DNA from: Bugula neritina
Taxonomy: Eukaryota > Animalia > Bryozoa
DNA: 64,000 nt
Direction: 5' to 3'
Assembly: GCA_964035545.1 (NCBI GenBank)
Contig: OZ037767.1
Coordinates: forward strand, 18,816,259-18,880,258
In this document: one piece after another, positions 14,172 through 26,247 of the stretch
Layout of the letters: each line of letters starts with the position of its first letter
How positions within the stretch are numbered: position 1 is the stretch's first letter
The notes under the pieces: generated by a model
What the model was told of the DNA's origin: nothing
The model's database searches: none
What the model saw: the letters and a program-made list of their open reading frames with translations, nothing else
Translations under genes and position numbers: made by a program

Positions 14172-14927
14172 TCAATGCCGTTTCATGACATACAACTTTG
14201 CAAACAGTTTTGTTAGTCCTTGACCTTTCCAAAACTCTTCTCTAGATCCAACCATCATATCTGTCTCATCTATTTCCTTGACACATACATCATCTCCGAA
14301 GTAGTTCTCTAAATCGGACTGTGACGCGGAAAGAGGTGGACCTTTGTATTCCCTTCTGTCGTAGAAGCAAGCTTGTATTACATACAAGAAATCCTTGGCT
14401 AATATCTTCCGCATGTGGTCCGCATACTTCTGTCTCAACTCATCATTTATAGCCTCGAAAGATCCGCGATCCCAGACAATATCGTAACACGGGAAAGGTA
14501 GTTCGTAAGCATTGCCAGAGTTAGGAAGAAAATTAAACAGGTCACCTTGACCCAGAATAAGTCGGCCATCTTGACTTGTGGTGAAAGGGCTGTCGGCTTC
14601 TTTCTCCTTTACGCTGATTCCATTTTCCTCAAAGAACTCTCTAATAGGTTGAGCAGCGTACTCTATTCCAACGACTGTAAACCCCAGTTTATAAAACAGA
14701 TACATATCTTTGGCTTTACCACACAGAGGGACAAACACTCGAACATCTTCTGCTGACTTTGTCGGGAAATTGTCTTTGAAAAGTTGTTTGAAATGTTTCC
14801 AGAGTAGCTGGCACCCGTCAGCTTCATGCCACCCACTGCTGCCGCTCTCCCATCTCTCTGCCCAGTAATCAAGGGTGAGGGTATTGTCGTCTGCTGAGGG
14901 CTCTTTTGAGGAAGAGGTAGCCGCCAT
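14172..14927 (-). CDS. TPMT: Thiopurine S-methyltransferase, single exon
   Basis: Uninterrupted ORF (track 14172-14972; likely start AAGATGGCG at 14927) with TPMT motifs W..RW..G..GWH, RVFVPLCGKA, VVGIE, WDRG, GPP, LFAKLY. Confidence 0.92.
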   Translation of the reverse strand: MAATSSSKEPSADDNTLTLDYWAERWESGSSGWHEADGCQLLWKHFKQLFKDNFPTKSAEDVRVFVPLCGKAKDMYLFYKLGFTVVGIEYAAQPIREFFEENGISVKEKEADSPFTTSQDGRLILGQGDLFNFLPNSGNAYELPFPCYDIVWDRGSFEAINDELRQKYADHMRKILAKDFLYVIQACFYDRREYKGPPLSASQSDLENYFGDDVCVKEIDETDMMVGSREEFWKGQGLTKLFAKLYVMKRH

Positions 14928-17900
14928 CTTTCCTACCATGTGAATATATGACATTATACTACACCTATGCACACTACAGCGACTTGTCAGAGATAAATGG
15001 TAATTTAATATACCATATTATTAATATATACACTAGATCGTGTAGTGTTTGTGTTACTTGCACAGCTTGTTGTTATTTTTGTTTACTATAATTTGTTTGT
15101 AACAACAGGATATTGCAACAGGAAGTAACATCCCTTCATATTGTTTCATAATCATGTATGATTGTACACCACCTGTATATAAATTGTTTAGTTTATAGAA
15201 TAAAACAGTTTTTGTTATATGGGTACTGCTGTGTGTTGTGTCAACTGTAATAGAACCACGTGCATTGTATATAACGGATATAACATATATACAAAATACA
15301 TACACAAAACATTGCATTTATTTTCATATTTAATATACTATTAATGTACAGTACCATACCTATATAACAATGAAGAATGTTATAAAAATTTTACCAAGCT
15401 GAAATTTATTTAAAATTATGAGCTGTGAAATTATGTGAATAGTGAAATTATATAACACTGGTACTCAAGAGTTATGATATTATATGAAATTATGACTGAA
15501 GTGGCAAATATAAATCATAGAAAATGTATGCTAAATAACCCCAAACCATTGACTTATTAAAAAGTAAATATTGCATAAGTTTACAGCCCAAAGTATTGCC
15601 CAGTCTTGGAAAGTTTATGAAGTAGAGAGAAGTTTGCATTTGTAGACCAAAAAGTTTATAATAAAAATTAAAAATATTTTACTTTGGGAATGTACAGTAT
15701 GGATATTTATAAAATGTTTTATTTCATGCATCTTTTTAAATATTTTGACTGTTTTACTACCAAAACAAATACTTTGTCTTTTAAAGTTCTTTACAAAACA
15801 ATTTTTCAGATTGCAACAAGTGCCTTACACAAAAAAGGTTTATATTTTTTCGTACCTAATTCCAGCAGTAAATGATTACATACTGTAAGTCTCAATAACT
15901 TATCAATTATTTTATGAGTCACTCAAACCACATCCAACACAATGACATGAGTGCACGCTACTGTGCATATGCTACTGCATGTATGCTTTCGCTGTAGAAA
16001 TTATATACATGTATATACTCACTTATACGTGTGGAAGGTTCAGAAGTAAAGTTGAAGTCCAAGCTAGCTATTCTCACTATCCACCAGCTGAAATACAAGT
16101 TAAACTATTTAGCACTACACTCACTAGCTGTGTCAAGCAATTACTACTACTAGAGGCTTGGATGCCTGAGTTGATGTAAACATAAAAGAACTATAGTGTG
16201 AAAGTAATGAGTTTTTGATTATCATTGTTGACATATTAGAGCTAGTTTTTATTCCTGGCATACAAAAGCAGTAGGCTTTCTGTTGAGCCCTGTAGTCTAT
16301 GTAAACATTGACTTAGTTAGAAACTTAGCCTAATCACTGCATAGTTGATGGTGTTTAATTTTAGGCTCATGTCTTGTATATATAGCATAGACTTATCTTT
16401 CACTGCATACAAGTTACAACTATAATATCTATCTAATATTCTTGTATGCCTGTAAGTTCATGGATTAAATGATGTCTGCATTTACAATCTTCATAATAAT
16501 CCAAAATATACTGTTGGATTGTACTGCAAAGACTGACAACTTTTTGTATCGTTTAAGCTTATTTTTAAGAGAGAAGCTGTAAAATATAATATAGGCCATA
16601 CCTTAGAGTTTGCCAAATATAGCATCAACTATGGAATTCCATACGGCAGGCATATATAATAAGCTATAAATTCAATTAATGAGTATGAAGTAGTATGATT
16701 ATAACTGCAATATAACTTCTGAGTTTTGACTCAAAGCTGGTACTGATGGTTTTAAATTTTCTCAGTGATCTAGGCTTTAATAACAATTGAATTCTGCACT
16801 ACCATAGAAGTGAAAATTATAATATAATTTTTGTAAGATTTAGAGTTGAAGTTTGTGCCATATTTGTTATGTCGAAAACATTGCAATTCAATCTTGGCCC
16901 TCGACTTGAAAGTCAGAGAAGTTTCCAACCAGCTTCATCTGCTATTCGCATTTCTTATTCATTATCACATGCAAGTCATACTTTATAAGAGAGTGTAACT
17001 CCCGTCGCTTTTAGGTAAGAAAGCGGGTATAACATTGCCGAAACTATTCTGAGTAGCTGAACTTCCTCTTAATTTTATAAAGTAGACCGTAAATTAAATT
17101 TAAGTCTTGGATTTCAGCGTAAATGCATGTAAATAATTATAATAAACACTTTACTCAATTTAGCTCTCACAACAATGATAGTTGCTCATTTTTAAGTTCG
17201 TTATTTGCTAAATTCAACTGAGTTTAAGGCGGTTAAAACTACAAGTCGAGTTGTTATACTTTAAGTATCCTAGCTTTAGTTTAACTTGTAGTTATAGTTA
17301 TACTCATACTGTTATAGTTATAGTTATACTTATAGTTATAGTGTTATACTTGGTTATTCACATATACTGATTATAGTGATATTCATATTGATGTTGATAT
17401 TGAGTTTGACAATTATTTGATATTCATATTCTGTATTTACTTTCAGTAATTCACTATTACTATTAGTATTAATTTCATGTTCACTTGTTGATATTCATAT
17501 TAAATTATTATTATTAATATTTATATTGTTATTGTAATTGTAGCCGTGGGCGTAGCCTTAAATTCAAAGTTTAGTACTAGTTCACAATGACGATGATTTT
17601 ACTTTAGGAACTTACGTTTAAGTTTTAACCTTTCCTCCTAGTCCAACTCGCAATTTAGTAGTTAATGTTATTATTGACATCAACAATGACTTTCAAACAA
17701 AGCCCAAAAGTATTATAATAATTATAATAATCATAATCATGATTATTCATGATATTAAATTATAAATATTTAAGTATACTCGCTCACACCGTTGATTGGT
17801 TAGGATTACGCCTTAGGCTGATCTCAAAATGAATATGTATAAGAATTAAAATATGAATATGGTTATGAATATGAATATGTAATGAGTAACTATGAAGTAT

Positions 17901-18819
17901 AATGACTTGCCCTGTCTCTTATACGTTATAGTTAGGGTTAGTTTTACTCTTACTCTCGAAACTAGAAGACTCAAGTCTCACTCTTAGTCTTAGTATCAAT
18001 CGGAGTATATGTATCAATATCGGTTTGGCTCGTAAAGTCAAATACTTACTCCAAGACTAATGTAAAACTGAAAGCTGTAACTTATACTCATAGTAACCAT
18101 AACCGGATAAGGTTAAGCCGCAAGCCTAAAGCTAAAGCAAAGACTCAAAAAGTTATCTTGTAGTTCATGCTATTCTTTAGTTTTTAAGTTAACATTATGC
18201 TGATGCTCTACTTCATGCTCATGTCCATGTTTATGATCATTTAATTGAATATTGTGCTGATAGTTTCATTGCTCTCACTTTAAGTTATCACCATAATAAT
18301 GAATCTGAAAGTACGTGATGAGTATGACAATAATAGGCATTCTGATGCTGAGTAACTGAAAGGCTAAGCTATTAATCATTGCGATTGTCTTTGTGGTTAT
18401 CATATTCATTATAAGAATAATTATAACTTACATGAGTATTATAATTCTATCAGGTATGAATAAGAGGCTGTTAGTTAGATATAATACTATTATTGCTGTG
18501 GCGGTTAATGTTACTATTGTATTATTCTGATGGCACTTATATTATTCAACAATTTTAGCCAAACCAGTCTTTACTTGGACGCATTAAGTTTATTGTTATG
18601 ATTACCACATACTAACACTAATGTCATGAATACCATATATTTAATATATCACCACAAGTTTTTCCTGGAATCTAGCTAAAGATTTACAATGCAATTGCAT
18701 CAAGGTTTTTGGTTTACAACTGAAAGCTTCGTCTGTGTTAACAGATTTTACACCATGCTTCTTGTCTTGTTGTATAATGATATATTGCAATTTCAGTCAG
18801 TCCAGTTTTTATTCTAGAG

Positions 18820-19589
18820 ATGCAGTTGAAAGCAGCATTTGTGGTGGTTACGTTAGTTTTGCTTTTCTTAATACTCATTCAAGTCATAAAGATTTTACCT
18901 ACTAAATCGTCTTCAACCAACTCTTCCACTTCAAATGACCATGTTAGCCATGACACTGGGATTTGTTTCTCACGGAAAGTGAGTTTTGATCATGGTAAGA
19001 TTCTGCTCCTAAACAGTATGTCAGTAGGTTTATTTTCAATATTCTAATGTAAATTGCCTATTTTTATAGAGTTTTTGTCAACTAGTCACATTACTATGGG
19101 AATCACCATCAAATATTTATTCACTAAGCTTATAACATAATATTGTATAGTTATAAGCGTTGTTAAGCTAATAGTTTTATTTTAGAATATGAAAAATCTG
19201 TCTCCGTAATTTATGATTTCTCCTCCATCACATCTGCCCAGCTACAAAGTGACGTCAACTCTCTGTTAAACAATCTCAACCCACAACTAGTGTCTGAAAT
19301 CATACTTGTGCAAAACATATGTGACGATGATGAGACTCAGTCCACTGCTGTCCGACTCACACATTCTCGAGACAAAGTCAAACTCGTAGTCATTGATGCG
19401 GACGAAGTCGTTTCTACGAGTAGAGCTAGAATTGAGGGGGTGAAGAAGACAACGGCTCCATTTTTGCTATTTGTTTCTGCTGGAGTGGTACCAATCTCTG
19501 ATGGATTTCTAGGTAGTGTAGTGTTTTTAGACTAGTCAACTGTAAGTTCCGAATGTATGTATTACTACTACTATTAGTATTTCTACTAT

Positions 19590-19676
<87 letters not shown>

Positions 19677-22304
19677 CACTACCACTACTACCACTACTAC
19701 TACTAGTACTACCACTACTACTACTAGTACTAGTACTACTACTGCGCTGCTAATGCTAGTAGTTTTTGTTTCAAATCGCATTTTAGTCAGTATTTAGTGT
19801 AGTGTTGACTGCATTAAACAGTAAAGTCATTTAATGATTGTCGCACAAATAATCAACCAACTACATAACTAAGCATATCTATCTTGTTTATAATCACAAC
19901 GCTGTACAGTAATCAAGTAGGAAAATGTATTTCCCTACCATATCTGTTTTGATTATTGGGTTTCATGATCTACTCTTTCACTAAGATCTGTTTACTGATG
20001 GTTTATTGTGTGCCTAATAATGGGTAAAGTGTGACATTCCCAGTTGTCATGCTTGTAGAATCCATGTTGTACTCTATTCGGGATTCTCCTGATCATGTGG
20101 TGTGTCCCACAAGTGAGGGTAACTCCGACTATCACCTCACTTGGTCATTAAATATTCAGAAATTATCTTTTGATGAGATTGGAAAGATGAAACATTTACC
20201 TCTTTTAGACGATTATATGTTTCTTATCAGATCTGATTTATACAAGGTTGGTGGAAGTAAATATGTAGTTTAGATGTGTAAATGTCAAGTGTAGATCTTT
20301 AAATGTAGGTGTGTAGATGTTGAAGTGTAAAATGATGGGAAATGCCGGTATGAAACTAAACATAGCAGCTTTCTTTGACCATCCAACCCCTCTGTGGTTT
20401 CCAAATTTTTTTCCAGTAATGGTAATTTATTTGAGATTTGATTTCAATAAATAAATATACTTGAAGTTGTTGAATCAGTAAAAAAATTTAAGGAAATAAA
20501 ATCACTCCTTACCAACACTAATTATTGCTGCAAGGATTTACATATTATGTACAGTATTCATTTCTTTTTGATATGATTGTTAATACTCCAGAACCATGTT
20601 TGCTGGTGCCTGCTTAGATACTGCATGTGGTTGCTAGGCTAATCCAAGTGCTTGCTAAGCTGCTGCTGTGGCTGCTAGGCTACTGCAGTCTGCAAGTGGT
20701 TGCCTAACTGCTGCAAGTGCTTGCTAGTTGGTAATTTGGTTGCTAAGCTACTACACATGGTTGCTAAGCTACTGCTGTGGTTGCTAGGCAACAATTGTTC
20801 ATCTTTATTCCACCTGTTGGTAGGCTGTAGGTGAATATGACAGTTTCTTCTTCAAGAAAGACAAGGCGGACATGATAGCCTTCTCTCTGTCTGTGTGGTC
20901 CTGTGGGGGGAGTATCGTGCGGACCGGCTGTGCTCAGGCTAGGTACATGGACCACTCCCCTCTTAATACTGAACAGAGGTCTGTGGGCTATCTGCAGCAT
21001 GCTAAATACCTACAGGAAGTGTATGGAGGGAGTCTCTCTCATCACTTCACTTTTCCCGGCATCAACTTCTACAAGATGTCAGCATATGAGCAGCACGTAT
21101 GTCCAATCATATCACTACATGTATTAGTCAGCATGTATATCCAATCATATCACTACATGTGTTAGGTCAGCATGTATGTCCAATCATATCACTACATATA
21201 TCAGGTCAGCATGTATGTCCATTCATATCACTACATGTGTTAGGTCAGCATGTATGTCCATTCATATCACTACATGTATTAGTCAGCATGTATATCCAAT
21301 CATATCACTACATGTGTTAGGTCAGCATGTATGTCCAACACAGCTGCTGCTGTGCTCTCAAACGAGCAGCATCTCTCTTTCTACTAAGTCAGCCTAAGTA
21401 TTCTCTGGTATCAACCAATTTAGCTCCACCTTAGTGGGTAAAGCTACACTCTTATCAAAAAACAAATTAAGATTAACCTTTAGAGTTTAGGACATGAGAT
21501 ATGAGTTGAAAGTATTTTTATGGAAATTGTGGCACCAGTTGCATGCAATGCAGTCTTGTGTAAACATGGTGGATGATGTCACAGCACTTCTTGCGGACTG
21601 CAGAAGACTGTCCAGTAAAAGTTCTTGGCACACAAAATGCTGTTTCCCTTCTTCTGTGACAGAATGTCTTGTCTTCTGCTGGGTTAATCTGTGGAAACTC
21701 ATATTCACTGATATATCTTGTTTCAGGCGGTCACAGAGAGGAAAGAGATGTTCCGTAGTCTGAGTTGTATGACTCTAGAATGGTACGCACTCAAGTTTCC
21801 TAAGGGGCTTCCACTCCACCCCTCCGACTCCAAGTTCTATCAACCCGACTACCACCCTCTGCTCCCAGTCTACCAGTCAAGAGTTCGGCAAGTTGGTGAG
21901 CTAATCTTTGAAGTATTTTTGGATGTTTTAATATCTGAATCACGCATACAGTAAATTCAAACTTTTAGTTTTCTCTTTTTTGCTTTTCTAATACCTTTTT
22001 TAGTCTATCCCAAATTAGTTTACTTATTTTCTAAAAAATGTAAAGCTTCGGTATGTTGAGACTAGCTGATGAAGGACTGATGAAGCATGCCTTTGAAGTT
22101 TAGTCGAAAATAATTTAGTAAAACCTTCTGCTAAATACGGCTGTGACTGTTGTGTACCTGAATCGTTCACGTATTACAATATGTTGTAGGTAGACTGTTT
22201 GTACTGTATGCTGGACATTGCGTCAAGGTGGATGGGGACCAAGTTCTCGGACTATCTTGGTGCCCCACCTCACTCCCCACTAACTACAAGTTAGTTTTTG
22301 TTCT

Positions 22305-22396
<92 letters not shown>

Positions 22397-23345
22397 GTGT
22401 GTAGCCCAGCTTCCAGATAACTTTCAATGAGTTGTCAGATGCTATTTGAAATACACTTGTTGACTAGAGTGGCATATGACGATAATAATTAAAATTGTTT
22501 TCCTTCGGTACATGCAATAAATTGGTTTTCACTATTTAATCTAAATATTGGCATAAGTATTTATATTTGAACTATAAAATTAGTAGCTTGAAATTAGAAT
22601 AATACATCAATTTCACTTAATCTACCAAAATTTGTTTTTAAAAATTTTAATACAACCTATGCAGTTGAATGACATGTTCCATTGAAATAGTTTGCATTAA
22701 CTGCCCATTGAGTATCAATAGGTATCAATCACAAAATTTAGACAGACAGATGCTAAGCTTTATAAAATTTTACAAGATTCAAAGCGTAAATTGTATACTT
22801 CAATCAACTAAATATGCTTGCTGGTACCTTATAGGTCAATTTATTTTGCTTTCAGATTTATATGGCAGGACAACGGGCAGATAGTGGCCAATAGTAAATG
22901 TGTAACTGTGAGGAAAGACGATTCTATATTAACAGTAGCTGACTGTATACAAGGAGATGATAAATCCCAGTTATTTGTCTACCAGAAGTCTAGCAAAATG
23001 GTGAGGTTAATGTCCATAATCTTGTAGTTACTGATTGTGCAATACTGTTAGTATAATTATATTAACAGTATTCTTGGTCAATATATTTCTAAAGTCTAAC
23101 CTATTTAATGTGGTGTAATGTATAGATCTAGTCAAAGTTGTGGTAAAAGTTGAATATAATACTAATGTTTGTATTTTTGCTGTAGATTGCACCCTGTCTT
23201 GTCATTTATGTTGCAGATTATCTCCAAACACAATGACCAGTGTGTGACCCATTTCAATGGACCCAACAACAGACAGGTTCTAAGGACTCTCAACTGTGAC
23301 GCTGATTCTCCTTTCAATAAGTTGATTATCAATGACCTCTATTAA
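18820..23345 (+). CDS. Polypeptide N-acetylgalactosaminyltransferase-like protein (type II TM, degenerate GT27 fold, ricin-B lectin), probable pseudoenzyme, ~501 aa
   Basis: Exons 18820-18994, 19186-19512, 20059-20246, 20824-21096, 21727-21895, 22190-22289, 22856-23000, 23217-23345 give 1506 nt in frame. Landmarks SVI, EIILV, RARIEG, GEYD, FSLSVWSCGGSI, RKEMFRSLSC.TLEWY, then ricin-type repeats (NGQIVANSKCV, DCIQGDDKSQLF). Confidence 0.82.
19560..19745. repeat. (ACT)n microsatellite
   Basis: Read directly; source of the poly-L and poly-V ORFs. Confidence 0.98.
21091..21340 (+). repeat. 38-39 bp minisatellite x~7 beginning at the exon 4 donor of the GALNT-like gene
   Basis: CAGCA(C/T)GTAT starts at 21091, 21129, 21168, 21207, 21246, 21284 and 21323. 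Confidence 0.93.
22305..22396. repeat. (CT)n(CA)n microsatellite
   Basis: Read directly. Confidence 0.98.
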
Positions 23346-25382
23346 GAACAGCTACAGTTCCTTATATGCATAGCGCCTCTAGATGTCTTTGCCAAAATAC
23401 ACAGCTGTCCCTGCGACGTGAAATCATTAAATCACTTCAACCTGCAGTAGCAAAATCGAATAGAATGTGTCTGTTTTGAAAGTAGATCAGATTTTTACTA
23501 AATTCGGAATGTAGTATTTTCCAACCCATAGCCTTGTCGGTTTACACAGCTGCATGCAACTTGTAGAGGATGTGTAAATAATTTTCTATAAGTGACAGTT
23601 GACTAACTTTTTACCATGACTATGTCATTCAACTCTGAGTCTACATTTCCTGAACAATAGATAGATAGTTTTACTATGACTTTTGCATGACTTCTTTTGT
23701 GTTTATGAATTATACTATACTATACTATTAACAATATATTTGGGAATTATTTTTATTTTTTTTTCCTGCAATCTCTGTTTTTATAATCTGGTGTATATTA
23801 TTATTTATTATCAATATTTCTGTATTATTTTGTGAGAGGTCAAGCTGGTGCTCAATTTTTATGCAACATTCCCTTCACAAAGACTTTTACATTTATTGCT
23901 ATTAAAGTATGCTATATTATGTGTTACCTTCCATTAATCCCTGTCAATACATTCCATGCCATATAATATGTAAACCATTTCTATATAATAAAACTGATGA
24001 CTGTAATCATTGTTAATTAGAAGTTATCTTTTCTATAAATATGTTAATTTTATTCTAGTAGTCAACACTTTCTTATTTTATAGTTTTCATGATGATGTGC
24101 CTATAACATTTAAAAAATCCATTTTGCCCAGTGTTGACTGCACCGTACACTGGTTGCTTGTTTGAGCAATAGTGTTGTAGTGGGTTTTTAAAATTTGGAG
24201 TATTGTAAACTCACGGAATGGTATATATGTTGTGGCCTTCGGGTGAGCTTGGGGGGGTCAGTGTGCAGTTACGGGTTAATGGCTCGGCTGTGAAGTAACT
24301 ACAGCTCCCGTCCGTTCGTAGGGGTGAAGTTGAGACTCCGGGTTAGGGTAGTTGGCTGGTGGTGCTCCTCAGGCTATAATTCTGGGCTAGCACTCACTAA
24401 CGTACCCTAACACATTCTAATTGGGTTGCATGCATTCTATGAAAATATCCTCAATCGGTTTACAATCTTGCAGTTCTCCCACTTACCCTAGATTTTATAG
24501 CCACAATACTCACACAAGCCACACACATGCTATATCCCATATCTATGCCAATCTCAGAGTTGTGCACCCCCACACATGCAGCAACAAGAGGAGACAACTA
24601 CACAGACCTAAAAATTCCAATATAACAATAGTTTACTGTCGAGTGTGGAGTAATGTCCAGCCATCGGTTTGAATGATGACAATATTTTGTTGCTTTTAAA
24701 AGTGAGCATCAAGTATAAAGTTTGAGTACAATAGTATTAGCATATATATTCACAGTTGATGCGAAACAAATTTGCCTGTATTGGTGGCAAGCACTGAAAT
24801 GTAATATACATATGCATTTAATAAAGATGTAATAATGGCTGAACTATTTGTATTTCAAAAACCACAGGTTATTTACAATACAGATGTGTTGTATTATAAC
24901 ACAATAGACACTGTTATTTCACTCCAGATTTGATTATAGTCTTATATTGAAATAAAAGACCGTTTAAATATAAATTATTGTTGACATTTCAGTGGGAAAC
25001 ACCATCTCTGCAGCATGACCAAATATTTTACACAGCTTATTCGATGTATGCGACGTTACAATTTACGTTCGTTAATAATATGAAATTGTGGGTGACAACT
25101 TTTTAATTAGTAACAACTGCTTGAATAAAATCTAATTTTCACCTGCTTCCGTTTCTCTTTGCAGCTTTTCTTGAAGCAACATGAACATTCTCATTCTGTT
25201 TTTAATTTAATTAATATTCGTGTAACTTTGAGTGGTAATTTAAATGTGTTATCTGTACCTTCATCAGTTATTATTATTTTGAAAATAAATTTAGATTATA
25301 ATTATTAGTATTAACTTCTAGTGTAACTAACTTCTACTCCGTATGGCGTATCGGTATTCGGCTTCGGTATCTTAAAGTTAAT

Positions 25383-25600
25383 CTACTACTACTGCTACTG
25401 CTGCTGCTACTACTACTACTAGTACTAGTACTATTGTACTACTCTACTAGTACTAGTACTATTGTACTACTCTACTAGTACTAATTCTATTAGCCTATTA
25501 CTAATACTAATAGTAATAGACTAATACTAATAGTAATAGTATTACATTTACTAGTACTATTACTATTACTATTACTATTACTATTACTATTAGTATTTAT
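25383..25600. repeat. Degenerate (ACT/ATT)n low-complexity tract with short internal duplications
   Basis: Read directly. Confidence 0.9.
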
Positions 25601-26086
25601 AATTTTAAATTTAATATTTTAAATTCAAGTTTAAAAGTAGTTACTAATAAAAACAGTAATTTAAATTACTATTAGTATTAGCGTTATCTCTTTATCTCGC
25701 CTTTTCCTAATTGAAAAATATTGATAATCATAATGGCAATTATAATAAATATTTATATTCTAGGTTAATAAAAAAATGTTTTTATATTTTTGATCATTAT
25801 GATTAACAGATTATGGATATCACTATCAGTATTTTAATGATAATGATGTTCATAACTATAGTGATTATGATTAAGTAATTATAATAATGTGATAGTTTTG
25901 TGGGTTGTGAATGAAACTAGTGCTTTACATGCTTGTTATGAGAAACAAGGCGAGAAATAAGGTAGAAGATAAGATAGCTTTGTTGTAGTCCGAGTGAATC
26001 AATAGTCTGTATCCAGCGAGCTCCAGTAGTAGACTGAATCTACACTGAAACTCGCTGGCTTTTATATACATGCAGGACAAAGACAT

Positions 26087-26247
26087 TCCTTTGTTTGCCG
26101 AGATCGGAGGCCCGAAATGCCGAATATCGGCACCTCGGGAATCCGAAATGCCGAATCCGGCATTTCGGCACCTCGGTATTCCGATATGCCGAGAATCGGC
26201 ATATCGGTGTTTCGGAGGACCGAAGTGCCGATCTCGGCAACAAAGGA
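26087..26247. repeat. GC-rich imperfect palindrome built of ~8-bp CCGA/TCGG units (foldback element or regulatory CpG island)
   Basis: Ends TCCTTTGTTTGCCGAGATCGG and CCGATCTCGGCAACAAAGGA are inverted repeats; 19 CpGs at 6-8 bp spacing. Confidence 0.85.

Noticed and set aside
14172-14972. Bacterial horizontal transfer or contamination for TPMT
   Set aside because: Motifs resemble animal TPMT and the flanks are continuous host-like DNA; not formally excluded without a phylogeny.
19536-19781. Poly-Val and poly-Leu ORFs resembling TM proteins
   Set aside because: Translations of an intronic (ACT)n repeat.
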